The notes: generated by a model from the sequence alone, not told the origin. A DNA stretch of 64,000 nucleotides from Eledone cirrhosa (GCA_964016885.1 OZ024755.1:12772001-12836000), one strand, 5' to 3'. Counted from the stretch's first letter, positions 42,354 to 56,271 are shown. Translations and numbers: made by a program.

Positions 42354-42556
42354 AATTGTTTCTACATTTTGGTACAAGGCCAGCAATTACCTTAATGCAT
42401 TACTGGTACTTTATTTTATCTACATCCGTAACGATGAAAGGCAAAGTTAACCTCGGCCGGATTTGAACTCAGAACGTAAAGGGCCATAACTATGCTGCAA
42501 AGTATTCATACTTTGCAGCATAGTTATGGTCTGAAGCTCTACCGATACTGCAAATC
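42354..42556 (-). mobile_element. SINE A copy
   Basis: Matches family consensus. Contains an internal hairpin ccataactatgctgcaaagt/actttgcagcatagttatgg. Confidence 0.85.
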
Positions 42557-43031
42557 CAAAATAATTATTTCTGTTTCATCATGTCATTTCATTTCTTCCT
42601 TCTTTCCTTTTTCTCATCTTTCTTTCTCATTTCATTTCTGCTCTCATCACCTCCCCTCCCCCCCCCCCCTGTCTTATTTTCACTTCCAATTTCTTTAATT
42701 CTTAACAACAACAACAACAACAACAGAAGAAAGACAATGGCGTAGTAGAAATGACATCTGGAGCTCTGTAAAAATCCTAACCTAAGTTGTCAGCAACAAC
42801 AGAAACAACAATTACGATGGAGACAATAGCAACTACTATCGTTACTAGTAGTAGTAGTAGTAGTGGTGGTAGTGGTGATGGTGGTGGTGGTGGTAGTAGT
42901 GGTGGTGGTGGTAGTAGTGGTGGTGGTAGTGGTGGTGGTGGTAGCAGTAGTAGTAGCAGTAGTAGTAGTAGTAGCAGCTGTGGGTGGTGGTTGTAGTAAT
43001 AGTAGTAGTAGTAGTAGTAGTAGCAGCTGCG

Positions 43032-43063
<32 letters not shown>

Positions 43064-43578
43064 AACTGTTGTTGCTACTGCAACAACAACGACGAAGATG
43101 GCATCCAAGTTAACAACAAGAACATCAAGAACGCTAGCAACAACCACAACAATAACAACAATAGCAACAACAACAATAGCATGCCTGACAACAAGGAGAA
43201 TATATTAAAGAGAACAACAACAACAACAATAGCAACATCAGCAACGATAACGACGATGGTAATAATTTAGACATCATCATCATCAACAACAACGACTACA
43301 ACGACCACGATGACGATTATGGCGATGACAATAATTTCGACATCTGTAACAATAAAGACATCAACAAATAGAAACAACAGCTGGGTGAAGAACATCAAAA
43401 GATCAACAGGAGGAACAGCCATTGTGTTAATGGGTTTGTCAAAGAGAAGGAGTTGATAAGAGCTCTGAGCCGATGGCCTTGAACAACCTTAAGATGACGA
43501 GTGTAGGAAAACATAAGGTGGGAGAAAAAAAATGGAAGATTAACGTTCTGTGGAAGAAGGATTGGGGGAGCAGTAAGT

Positions 43579-43745
43579 GGGGAATAGGGTCTAGTGGCGG
43601 ATGTGATAAAGGGAAATAGGGTCTAGTGGCGGATGTGATAAAGGGGAATAGAGTCTAGTGGCGGATGTGATAAAGGGGAATAGGGTCTAGTGGCGGATGT
43701 GATAAAGGGGAATAGGGTCTAGTGGCGGATGTGATAAAGGGGAAC
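43579..43745. repeat. Minisatellite, 32 bp x5
   Basis: ggggaatagggtctagtggcggatgtgataaa. Confidence 0.95.
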
Positions 43746-44150
43746 AGAGAAGAGTTGAGTGTATTGTATCTAGCATTGTATATGTGGACAAAAGAGAAAG
43801 CAAATTGAATCAAAGAAACAATGTTTCCATTGGTCTTTCCCTTGTTGATACTAGATGTATATATGAAAACATACGAGTTTACAGTATATTTATATATTAT
43901 AAACTTATATGTCTCGTTACGAATAGTTTAAGCTGTGACCATGCCATAGCTATATCAGTAGCTGTATGAGAATGCCACACGTTACTGTGTCATGATATTT
44001 ATCCATCATCGGTGCCGTTTGCTCATTTGGTACTGAGATAAAAATAAACTATAGCTTATATACTTTTTGCGTATAAAACACACAGACACACGCATATATA
44101 TAAGTGCCACACTTTCTTAACTTCGCGGCTATAACTTATATCTATAGAGA

Positions 44151-44187
<37 letters not shown>

Positions 44188-44192
<5 letters not shown>

Positions 44193-44370
44193 GTGGTTAC
44201 ACAACACTTAGTTCACCATACCGAGAACAATTGTTTCACCTTAGCGGATCCTCAGTGAAACAATTGTTCTCGGTATGGTGAACTAACTGTTGTGTAACCA
44301 CTTCTACCTAACTCGTCCCATGGACTGAGTGCTCTACCACTATGGATATTACCTTCCAGTGTTTTACCAC
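44188..44370. mobile_element. Fold-back hammerhead element between (TA)n tracts
   Basis: Arms 44188-44239 and 44255-44306. Minus strand reads CTGAGGA t-cc-gctaa-gg-t GAAA caattg TT. CTGAGTGC at 44325. Confidence 0.72.
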
Positions 44371-44849
44371 TATATATATATATATATATATCGCTCCCCC
44401 AAATTAACATCATATATATCCCTCCCCCAAATTAAAACTGAACTGCCAGAGACACACCATATATATTTCACAAGACAGCAACACCCACATAGCAAGCCAG
44501 CCCCTGTCACAAATAAAGACTTTTATTAATTTTTAGTTACCCTTTTTCAGTATATATTATTATGATATAGCTCCTCGACTTGGCTCAGACAAGCGGGAAG
44601 CAAATAGCTGCCAGGAACTATTTAATGAGGGGCTACCTCATCTAAATTGGGCGTATCCTGCAACGCGCGCACGCACGCACACACGCACAGATTTTGCAGC
44701 AATGAAGCTAATATGTAAGAAGTGTGATTATATTTCATTTCCCCCTTTTATAGGAAATTCGATTTCTTTGACCAACCACTAAAGAGAGGTGGAGAGAGAT
44801 AGAGGGAGAGTGTGAGAGAATGAGATAGAGAGAGAGAAGTAGAGAGAAA

Positions 44850-44933
<84 letters not shown>

Positions 44934-45755
44934 AAGAGATGTATGTATATCACTCAACTGTAAATATCTTAACCAGATGTCATTCTGAAAGTGTTCAAAG
45001 GTGTATTTCCGCATTATTGGATTCCAATTGAATTCCAGTAATCGATAATGCTATATCTAAAAATATATATGGATATAACACAATTCATTAAAGAGTGTAT
45101 ATTGAGTAAGTATATGATATAACACAGAACAGTGTGTTCACATCTAATGCGGTTTTAAATAATAGTCTTCAACACACACGGTCAGTAAATATTTTAAATA
45201 GCGTACATTCTCGTGTAAAAGTTGCACGTTTTATGCTATTATTTTTTAGGTTAAATTTATGTAAATAACTAATACATAGATATTACTTTCAAGGGACTGA
45301 ATTTCATACAAGAATCCAAAATATTGTATCAATAAACAGGAGCATAAATGGACTAAAACAAAACTCATGAATCACAGTAATACTATCGATGTTTCTATGC
45401 ATCAAAACACACAAAGAAGGTCACATATCTCTTATAAATATTTCTACGTAATATTTCAAAACATAATAATATAGAAAAATTAATTTCCTCGTCGTAACAT
45501 TTATGTTCAGGATAATGATTTCATTCACAAATGTTGATCTGTTGTCCGTGAAGATAAAGGTTTGACTTTTATATGAAATACATGAAAAATAATAAACGGT
45601 ATGTAGTTTTTAAAACGGGGCTTTTGAACTGACGTGGCCGGTAAATGTATGACTTTTAACGGTATTGTTAGATTCTATTTTAAATCCAATAACTGATAAA
45701 GCTACATCTAAGAATATATATGGGTATATCAATATATATATGGGAGTGTGTGTGT

Positions 45756-45815
<60 letters not shown>

Positions 45816-46370
45816 AAATATATGTGTATACGTCTTGAAACCGCTGGTAAAGCAGAAATGAGTCAAGCTGTTAATATATGCACTCAATATCTACATTATG
45901 TTGATTGTTCTTTTCTTTCGTTTGGACCTACATCCATGTATATATTCACACACACATATATACATACATACATACATACATACATACATACGTGTGTAGA
46001 TAGATAGATAGATAGGAAGAGAGATAGATAGATAAATAGATAGGTAGGTGTATACATATATGTAGAGAGAGAGAGAGAGGTATATATACATAGATATATA
46101 TATAGATATGTGTGTGTGTGTATAGACTGAAACTGCACGCATCAATGGTTCTAGATTAAGACTAACGTAGCACTTCAGTGATATCCAGGAAGAGTTCAGA
46201 CTAGATTTGCTTTAGTAGTCATCAATAATTATTCCGCTGACTATCCAACTCAATTGAATTGAACGGTAAGCGAAATCGATATATGTGGAGCATGAGAACA
46301 ATTTTGCGTTGCCATATTCTATGAAACTTCGAAATAAATATACTCAAGTATTATTACGTAAATATGGTAT

Positions 46371-46612
46371 CGCGTGGTTTAGTGGTTAAAGAATTCAGCT
46401 CATGATCGTAGAGTATTGAGTTCGATTCATAGTATCTATCAGGAAGACACTTTATTCCACGTTGATCCAGTTCACTCAGCTGGCAAACTGAATTGTATTT
46501 GTAACTCAAAAGCCCAGCTTTGATCCATTCTGTATCAAGCTGAGTCATCCTGAGAATTACGGTAAGGGCACACGTTTCTGTGGAATACTCAGCCAATTGC
46601 ACGTTAATTTCA
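46371..46612 (+). mobile_element. tRNA-derived SINE, group B
   Basis: Head cgcgtggtttagtggtta...gagttcgattc. Body shared with 58888-59222. Confidence 0.7.
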
Positions 46613-46629
46613 ATACCTGGTTGTTACGT

Positions 46630-46788
46630 TGTTCGGATAATTGAAACACTCATCATCGGAACTAACATACACCATGTAAATGTTCGGATAATTGATACAC
46701 TCATCATCGGAACTAACATACACTATGTAAATGTTCGGATAATTGATACACTCATCATCGGAACTAACATACACTATGTAAATGTTCG
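46630..46788. repeat. 51-bp tandem repeat x3 at the SINE tail
   Basis: tgttcggataattgatacactcatcatcggaactaacatacactatgtaaa. Confidence 0.92.
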
Positions 46789-46920
46789 TACCACATAAAC
46801 CCTCAAAACCAGCATATGAGAGATAGGAAGCCACCGCTCGCAGATTAATAAACACCAGAGATGTTATAAAAAAAGTCTTCTTACGCACACAGATATATGT
46901 ATATATATATATATATATAT

Positions 46921-47148
46921 AACGAAGGAAAAGTGGTAAGGAACCAGGTGGACCATAACGCACCAAAGTACTCAATACTTAGGGTAGTAGAGTGGGTAAT
47001 AGGAACGAGTAGGACGCCGACGGCTGAGCTCAAGCCGTTTCGACGGCTAATTCTGGACTAAAAAAAAAAAAAAAAAAAATTTTTTTTTTTAGTCCAGAAT
47101 TAGCCGTCGAAACGGCTTGAGCTCAGCCGTCGGCGTCCTACTCGTTCC
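46921..47148 (-). mobile_element. Family-1 fold-back element with A20/T11 centre
   Basis: Palindrome 47000-47149. Both arms carry the private variant ggacgcc/ggcgtcc. Confidence 0.85.
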
Positions 47149-47246
47149 TATATATATATATATATTATATATATATATAAATGAAGAATGGCGTGCTGCG
47201 TTGTTGCGAACATGAACATATGAATAAAAATAGACAAGGGGTAAAA

Positions 47247-47290
47247 TGTCTACTGAAGAGGACATTGTCTACTGAAGAGGACATTGTCTA
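47247..47290 (+). repeat. 19-bp tandem duplication containing a hammerhead 5' half (CTGAAGA-ggac-att-gtc)
   Basis: tgtctactgaagaggacat x2.3, ending at (TA)n. Confidence 0.55.
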
Positions 47291-47510
47291 TTTATATATA
47301 TATATATATATTTATTCAGGTTTGAGGTTCACCACTGGATAGAGCTGGTCAATTCCGTATGGTCAATCTTAATGTAATAATATGGAGAGTACTCAACGTA
47401 AAGCAGTTCAACCGTCTTTCTTTTTGTAGTTGGCCGTGCTAGTACGGAGTTAAATATTATAATGAAATGACACAAGTCCAGCCTCCTGTCATTTCATTAT
47501 AATATATATA

Positions 47511-47558
47511 TAAGAGCTATGAGTTGAATAACCAACAAATTAAATAACTCATAGCTCT

Positions 47559-47589
<31 letters not shown>

Positions 47590-47820
47590 AGCTATGAGTT
47601 ATTTAATTTGTTGGTTATTCAACAAATTTTGTTTATAACAGATTCGAAGCACTCTATAGATTTCTTCTGGAGTATAATATCAATAATATTAATAAATGGA
47701 AACTATCTTTATAAAATCATAATTTTATTATATATATTTCAAGGGTACCAAAATCTTGAAATATATATAATAAAATAAATATGGTTTTATAAAGATAGTT
47801 TCCATTTATTAATATTATTG
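47511..47820 (-). mobile_element. Family-4 element (47587-47820, fold-back) plus an inverted mini-copy of its 3' end (47511-47560)
   Basis: Palindrome 47681-47820 is centred on stem II sequence (caagggtacca). aagagctatgagtt recurs in both orientations around (TA)n. Confidence 0.75.
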
Positions 47821-47839
47821 ATATATATATATATATATA

Positions 47840-48032
47840 TAGGAACAAGTAAGACCCCGACGGCTGAGCTCAAGCCGTTTCGACGGCTAATTCTGTACAG
47901 AATTAGCCGTCGAAACGGCTTGAGCTCAGCCGTCGGGGTCTTACTTGTTCCTATTACCCACTCTACTACCCTAAGTATTGAGTACTTTGGTGCGTTATGG
48001 TCCACCTGGTTCCTTACCACATTTCCTTCGTT
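47840..48032 (+). mobile_element. Family-1 fold-back element
   Basis: Perfect palindrome 47840-47953 centred on ctgtacag. Both arms share the private variant aagtaag/cttactt. The tail carries TTGAGTAC. Confidence 0.88.
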
Positions 48033-48048
48033 ATATATATATATATTT

Positions 48049-48303
48049 GTAGTAAGGTTGCTTGGATGCGTCCATAGGCGGTATGCCGGTTGAGCACTCT
48101 ATGCTCCTTCGGAGCAGAGTATAATAATATGGAAAACTAAGAGGATTCGCTTCGAAATCACTAGATGTATCGGAGGAACTTGCGAATCCAGAGTCAAGTT
48201 CGATCCACAAACAGATCGCACCTCGAGCTGTTCGCCGGAGAAACAATTGTAATACGTAATAAATTGTGTTCCGATGCATCACTGATTCTTCGTTTTCCGT
48301 ATT
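48049..48303. mobile_element. Family-5 element with its 3' part inverted and placed upstream
   Basis: 48069-48123 is the reverse complement of 27290-27343. 48190-48300 is colinear with 27171-27280. Contains GAAA caattg TA. Confidence 0.7.
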
Positions 48304-49219
48304 ATATATATATATATATGTTGTACAAGTTTCATAGAAATATCCAAGGGTAAGAGCACTCAGCCTATAAGACGAGTTAAGTATAAAATTTAAGTACCTA
48401 TATATGTCACTGTTGTAACAAATTATATATATATATATTCACACAGTCTCCACAACTTATCTTTCTGATCTTCTGCACCTGATCTTAAGACCCTATATTT
48501 TCCCCTTCTTTTAACTTTTCTTCCTTGCACAAATGTATCTCTTTTACTTTCTCGCTTTGTGTTTACATTCGAAAGAAGTCTTTGTTCGTATTTACATTTT
48601 CCAAGACATTCGTATGTCTTTTTTGTTAACGTTGCTTTTCTTTCAAGTTTGTGATAATTTTGGTACACCCTGTATTTCTATATTGTCCCACTCAGTCTAA
48701 AAACATTCGTATTTTCTATATTTCTTTCGTTTCAGGTTTATTCACTACTGATGCTATGGTGCTGGTACAGCTTTATGCATCGAAACCGAGTTATACGTAA
48801 CCCTAAGTGGACAGCTGAAGAGGCGAGCAATGTTTTCCGTGTTGCTCCATATATATATAAATATATATATATATATTCTCGTTGTGGTAATTTTGATATA
48901 TATATATATATAAATGTGTGTGTGTGTTATAAATACATGTATATAAAATATAAACTCAACACTATATATATGTATGTATAAATATGTATATATCTATGTA
49001 TATATATATGTATATATGTAGGTACGTATATATATTTGTGTGTGTATGCGTATGTGTTTACCCATGTATGTATGTATCTGTGTGTGTAGGTATGTATATA
49101 TGTGTGCGTGTGTGTCTACGTATGTATGTAAGTATATGCAAACTAAATTCTTTATTCTAACTCGTCTGAAACTTAATCTTCAATGCTGAGATCATCTGTC
49201 AGTTGAGGCGGCTTAAAGT

Positions 49220-49765
49220 CTCCATCACCTCCACATACACCAACATCATCACCATCCACAGCACCATCATCATCCACACCATCACCATCACATCCACCCC
49301 ATCGTCATGTCCAGGACCACCACCATCACCCACACCATCCCAAACACCATCACCACCATCAGCCACACACCATGGTCACTGCAATCTTCACCATCATCAT
49401 CACTACTATCTACACACCATCGTCACCACTACCGCCACCATCACTAACACGCCCCCATCATATTCGCCATTATCTCCACCACCACTACCATCACTACTAT
49501 TATCACCACGACTACTACTACAACCATCACCACCACGACTACAACCACCACTGCCACCACTACAACCACCACCACCACCACTACCTCCATTATCACAATC
49601 ACCACCACCACTACCATCATCACCATCACTACTACTACCACCACCACAACCGCCACCACCACCACACCTACCACAACCACCACCAGCACTACTACTACCA
49701 CCACCACCACCACTACCACTACTACCACCATCACCACTACCACAACCACTACAACCACCACAACG
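49220..49765. repeat. (CAC/CTA)n compound tract
   Basis: Directly visible. Confidence 0.9.
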
Positions 49766-50211
49766 TCTGTTAAAATCTAGAACGCCACAAAGTACTGGGA
49801 GCCGCGTCTTTCAATGTTAAAGTCTGTTTTCACTTAACTCTGGCTTAAATCAAGGACGGAACCTATCCTAGACGTGTGTGTGTTGTGTGTGTGTGGTGTA
49901 TGTGGTGTGTGTGGTGTGTGTGGTGTGTGGTGTGGTGTGTGGTGTGTGGTGTGGTGTGTGGTGTGGTGTGTGTGTGTTTTTGTATTTGTTTGTGTGTGTT
50001 TCTTTATGCTTTCTATGTGTTTATGTGTTTGTGTGTATATGTGTGTGTAGTGAATGAGTGTACTTTCTCTGTAAACGTATGTGTGTGTGTGTGTATGTGT
50101 GTGTATGTATGTGTATGGTGTGTGTGTGGTGTGTGTGTGTGTTGCTTGCTTCGAATTGGAAATCCATTAAGATGTAACGGGATTAATGGAGGTACAACTG
50201 TGCCAATAACA

Positions 50212-50735
50212 GTGATGATGGTGGTGGTGATGATGATGGTATGTTGGTGGTAGGATAATATTGGTGGTGGTGATGATGATGATGGTATGTTGGTGGTAGG
50301 ATAATATTGGTGGTGGTGATAATGATGATGGTATGTTGGTGGTAGGATAATATTGATGGTGGTGGTGATGATGGTGGTATGTTGGTGGTAGGATAATATT
50401 GATGGTGGTGGTGATGATGATGGTGGTATGTTGGTGGTAGGATAATATTGGTGGTGGCGATAGTGGCGATGGTGGTATGTTTGTGGTGGTGGTGGTGGTG
50501 ATTGTGGTGGTGGTGGTGGTGATATTGGTGGCGGTGATGATGAGGGTGATGTTCGTGGTGATGGTGGTATGGTGGTGGTGATAGTGATGTTGGTGGTGAT
50601 GGTGGTGGTGATGGTGGTGGTGATGGAGAGATGTTGGAGGGTAATAATGGTGATGACGATGACGACGACGACGATGATGATGTCGAAAACAGTGACGATG
50701 AAAACTGATGTCGATGATGATAATGATGATGATGT
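50212..50735. repeat. About 45-bp minisatellite (ggtatgttggtggtaggataatattg) within a (GGT/GAT)n tract
   Basis: About 5 copies at 50225-50460. Confidence 0.88.
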
Positions 50736-50749
50736 CAATGAATTATAGA

Positions 50750-50968
50750 CTTCTGACATAAGCACAAGGCCTCAGATTTAGAGGGTTATGGGCAGGGTGG
50801 CTCGATTTAATCGACCCAATCACTTGACGGGCGTGTGTTTTATTGGTCTCACAAGGGTGCAAAGTCAAAATCGACCCCCAGCGGGGGGATTTGAACTCCG
50901 AATGTAAAGGGATGTTATTTAATACAAGGAATTTTGTCTGGTGCTCTACTGATTCTCTTAATCCACCG
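50750..50968 (-). mobile_element. Diverged SINE A copy
   Basis: gcacaaggcc...tcgatttaatcgac...gatttgaactc...taatccaccgc. Confidence 0.7.
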
Positions 50969-51266
50969 CTCTATTAACCCCTTCTCAACCAGTGTGTGTG
51001 TGTGAATAAAAAGTATGGGCAAATACTGGAAAATGAACGAATACAGACAGTAGTTCCATCTCATAAGTTGACCTCTAAAGGTACGTTGTTTCGGTTCTTT
51101 AATGTCAATACAACTGGCCCTAATGCACAAAGATCAGGAACAAATAAGCAAAGGACAAAACGATAGTTTTAACGACTATTTACATATAATAGCAAATTTG
51201 CCACTAACCCTATGATCAGCATCTGATAAGATATTGACGATATATATATATATATATATATATACA

Positions 51267-52323
51267 CTAGTCGAATTACCCGCGCCTTGCTGCGTTTCAC
51301 ACATTTTTTTTGTAAGAAAATGATTGATTTCAAATCAGTGATATAATTTATGGAGAAAAACTCTGCATTTCAATATTACTCAATGTAAAATGTAATGCAT
51401 GAAAAATTGGAAAACATTATTTTTTGTAATATATCAAATCAAAATTACATTATCAAATCTTATTCTCATTTTGTTTCTTGTAAATAATTTTTTTCAAAAT
51501 ATCAATTCAAAACTTGATCATTTCATTTTTGTGTAAAGCATTATTTTCAAATTAGAAATACAAAGTTTAATTATTTATTTTTTAACATAATAAATACATG
51601 AAAATATATTTCATACTTTGTCCTAATGAAGAACTTCAGGGTAAACAACATTTCTTGTCTTTCTTTGATTGGCTAAAATGTAGAGATTTTTTGAAGTTCC
51701 AGTCCTTGAAACAGCTACATAATACATGCCATGACTGAAACATGGGTTTGTCAGATCTATACTAATAGTTTTGAAAGTTTGACCTTGACTCTTATTGATG
51801 CTCAAGGCAAAGCATGGCCTCACTGGGAACTGCAGCCTCTTAAATGTAAAAGGCAACTCGCTATCACTTGGTATAAGTGGAATCCTCGGAATGAGAAAAG
51901 CTTGACCTTTGTAAGCCCCGAATATAATGGTTGCTTCAATCAAGTTCTCATACAATCTTATTACAACACATCTTGTTCCATTTATTGGCCAAAATTTTCA
52001 CTATAGGGGGTTTAACCTCTATTAGGGTGTCTTCATATTATTGAAATTTTCTGAAACTTTATGAATAGACATCATATCTTGTCATTTACCTATGGTTTAA
52101 ATTTCATATAAATCGAAGGGAAAACATTTTCAGCGGGGGTTTGTGCCCTCGCGGAACTCTTTGATTAAAATGAAATATAGTTATCCAAGTACCCAGAGCA
52201 ATGTAGTTACAGAATATATATGGTCATGGGGGTCTATCTCCAAAACCATAGGAGGAGTTCGTGAACAAACAAACAAACAGACAGGAACTACAACTTTATA
52301 TATATATATATATATATATATGA
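51267..52323 (-). mobile_element. Non-autonomous Helitron retaining the helicase C-terminus
   Basis: Minus-strand 3' end gcaaggcgcgggtaattcgaCTAG|T (51270-51267). The 5' end resembles TC(TA)n-aaagttgtagttcctgtctgtttgtttg. Confidence 0.85.
51623..51955 (-). pseudogene. Helitron RepHel PIF1-family helicase C-terminal fragment
   Basis: IPRIPLIP..LPFTFKRLQFPVRPCFALSINKSQGQT...FSHG..YVAVSR...TRNVVYPEVL corresponds to helicase motifs V and VI of Helitron PIF1 domains. Confidence 0.93.
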
Positions 52324-52370
52324 GTGTGTGTGTAAAAATTGCCTCCTGTGTTTTGTTTGTTTCATTTATC

Positions 52371-52423
<53 letters not shown>

Positions 52424-52444
52424 ATACATATATATGAAATGGAT

Positions 52445-52541
52445 GGCAGGACAAAAACCTTTCCGTTCATCAGCTACATGTACCGGGCGGCCTCTGTATA
52501 AGAGGCTAATGAACGGAGAAGTTTGTTTGTTTTGTCCTGCC
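52445..52541. repeat. Imperfect inverted repeat between (TA)n tracts
   Basis: ggcaggacaaaa..tccgttcatcagc versus gctaatgaacgga..ttttgtcctgcc. Inner hairpin gcctct/agaggc. Confidence 0.7.
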
Positions 52542-52610
52542 CTCCAACTTGGAATAACGCTATAACATTTAATAACGCTGACAGTCATTCTCTTCTCTGA
52601 TTTCTTGTCT

Positions 52611-52972
<362 letters not shown>

Positions 52973-53170
52973 TTACATCGTGTTTCTTTAGAAATACGAA
53001 ATTTCTATACATATCCGTATACAGATATGCCTGAAACTAAATCCTAATTTTGTGTGTGTGGGTGTGTGGTGTGTGGTGTGGGTGTGGTGTGTGGTGTGGT
53101 GGGTGGGTGTGTGTGTGGGTGGGTGTGGGTGTGTGAGGGTGGGGGGGGGGGGGTATGTGCTGTGTAAGTA

Positions 53171-53514
53171 AACACCTGCAACCCTGATGGTATCCAATGA
53201 TGTTGACTTGTTCTTCTTTTTGGTAAATATTATCTTGGTTAAGAGAGTGGGACTGGCTTTGTGCAGTGCCTTTGCTCACTATAAAACCTTCACGACACAG
53301 GCATTGCTTTGTATCTGGAGATCTCTCTGCACTTGTCACATGGTACCATGACCCCAGCACTATGTGTCAATAATTGTCACAAGTGTAGTGTTTGTACCAG
53401 AGTTTTCAAGTCGTTGGCTTGACTAAAAAGTCACACTCGTTCAGCGCATCGGTAGGGGTTCTCCTACATGGATATAAAGTAGTGGCCGTACTCGAAAACG
53501 AGTTGGCAGCCACC
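53171..53514 (+). mobile_element. RTE-derived element, copy 3 (5'-truncated)
   Basis: CSVCTRVFKSLA*LKSHTRSAHR* at 53384-53455. Same 3' end gcagccacc-atatat as the other copies. Confidence 0.72.
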
Positions 53515-53603
<89 letters not shown>

Positions 53604-53994
53604 CATACATGCATAATACCTACATATATACATGCATATATTTATGAATGCATGTGTATATAATATAGATATATTTAATCTTTCTGAATACATTTGACTG
53701 TGTAAATGTATATGATTGAACCCTTCAAAACTATAGAGACACCAACTACGTTACATGCGAAAGTTATAAATATTAAACCCGGCATGACCCCCAAGCAATC
53801 TATTCAATACGAAATGACCTTGTACTTATATTCACCAAAAACTATTGGATTGCTAAATGACGTAGTATGCCACTGGTATTGTTTACTAAACATTATATAA
53901 TTTCTACTTAATATTTATACGACTATATTTGTAATTTCTCATACGTATTATGTTTCATTGAGGTAATGTATATACAAAGCCCACGCTATATGTG

Positions 53995-54047
<53 letters not shown>

Positions 54048-54168
54048 TCATACATGTATGTTTAGCAGGGAAATCTGACGTTAAACGATAGTGATGATGT
54101 ATATATAATATATATATATATACATATATATATATGCATATATATATATATATGCATATATATGTATA

Positions 54169-54228
<60 letters not shown>

Positions 54229-54604
54229 CCTTTAGACTGGTGGCCATGTATGTCGTCATAATATAAGTTTGTTGTTTTGAGGCCTTTACGTCAATAAGCA
54301 ATTTCAAAGGCTTGGGATAATGTCCAGAAATATGCATGCATATCTATACAAATAAAACTAATGTACAAAAACACAGACGGTGTTACGAACATTTTGACAT
54401 CAAGAAATAAATGAGAAATATAAAGTGAAGTCAAAAACTAATGTATATCAGATTTCAGCGTGGCGGTAGTTCGTATGTTTACGTACATTTTATGTATATA
54501 AGTATATATATATTAAAATATTTGCTCTACGGTTCTTACATATTTGATATATATTTATCCTTATCGAGCCCTCTTTGGATTTTAGTCTTCAAATTTATTA
54601 TTAT

Positions 54605-54654
<50 letters not shown>

Positions 54655-54655
<1 letters not shown>

Positions 54656-54982
54656 GATGTTATATTTAATTTGTTGGGATTCCAACAAACTTAAAGGTTT
54701 ATAACTGATATAGAGCACTCAACAGAAACTGAAGTAAATATTCAATATATGAATAAATGGAAACTATATTTATAAAACCATATTATTTTATTATATATTT
54801 TATTATATATCCAGCAAATTTTCAACCGTCAAGGTTCTTTTCCATGGCTATGTCACTATTTATAAAACAAATTTTGTATTTAACCTGATGAAAGCGCACC
54901 ATGACTGCCTTGGTTGCCCTTGAAATATATATAATAAAATAATATGGTTTTATAAATACAGTTTCCATTTATTAATATATTG
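54655..54982. mobile_element. Family-4 element with inverted arms and a + strand hammerhead core (54885-54930)
   Basis: CTGATGA aagcgcacca-loop-tggttgccctt GAAA tata. Arms at about 54745-54800 and 54923-54982. Confidence 0.68.
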
Positions 54983-56271
54983 TATGTATATATATATATA
55001 TATATATATATAAATATAATATATATATATATATGCATGTATATATGTATATGGACGTATATATAGATATATAGACATATATATGTATGTATATATATAT
55101 GTATATACCACTTCATCGCCCTCTGAACATTAGTATTATTTTTTTTTTTTTTTGTGTTGGATCTTCCTCGCCACCTAGAATTGAACTAATACCCTTACGA
55201 TCGTGTGCCAAACACTTTAACCATTAAGCACCGACGTAACATCCATTGATTTCAATAATATCAACAAAAACAACAACAGTGATTCTGAAACGGTTTTTAA
55301 TGTGGCATCAAATTACCGTCTTTCAAGAAAATATTTAGATTGTAACAATGTAAACTAGACGATGGCTTAAGCAACAGCACGTAATTAATGATTGTCTTAA
55401 AATGAAATATATCTTTAGTTGTCTAATTAAAAACAGTGGAATTGGCAAAGAAATACTAATGTTCAGAAGGCGGTGAAGTGGTAGAGTCATTAGAATGTCT
55501 GATAGAATGTTTTGTGGTAGTTGTTCCCGATCTCTGCACTCTGAGATCAGATCCTGCCATTGTCAACTTTATCTTTCATCCGATCGAGGTTGGTAAAATG
55601 TACCAACCAGTCCAGTCTTGGACTCGATTCTTCTTCTATATTTCTTTCTCACTTCCTCTCTCATTGTATCTCTTTCTCTGGAAAAAGCTGGCTGTGTTCG
55701 AACCTGAAAATGGTTAGGCCTCACCGGGTTTAAGTACCCTTCGAATATCCTACCACTCCATCAGGAGTTAAGGGTCCCATGGATCCATGGTTGTTGTTGT
55801 AGCCCCATGTCAACTCCATTTTTTCTATCTTGTTTAGCTGTGGTTGTTTAAGAAGGCGGGAAAGAGGCTTAACAATATTTGAGGGGCCTCGATTAAATTT
55901 CAGCTAGGGCCCCCATGCAAGCTAATTTGCCCTTGTTGTGAAAATGGCACTGCTTGTGGTCCTATTCAGGGCTTCCAAGAAAGGTGAGTGAGAGGAAGTT
56001 ATCACCAAACCGGAGAACTGGCCCAAGTCGTGTAATAGAGTTGAAACCGCTTATGGCACTCAAGGACCTGAAGGTGGTGGCGGTGGTGGTGGTGTTAAAT
56101 TTCCTACCCAAGTTGGCCACAGTAAGATTTGATCTCAGAAAGCAAAGAACCGGAACAATACCGTCATGCTCACGATTTCACCAAGCCATCGCCCTGAGCT
56201 AGTTCTGTAAAAATCATCTTTCTATTTCTTTTCCTTTCTATTCTCGTTATTTATTCATTGCTGTGTTCTGT

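Noticed and set aside
48740-48835. CTGATGC...GAAA and a downstream CTGAAGA
   Set aside because: A9 is substituted and stem III is inconsistent. It may be a decayed member but is not supportable.
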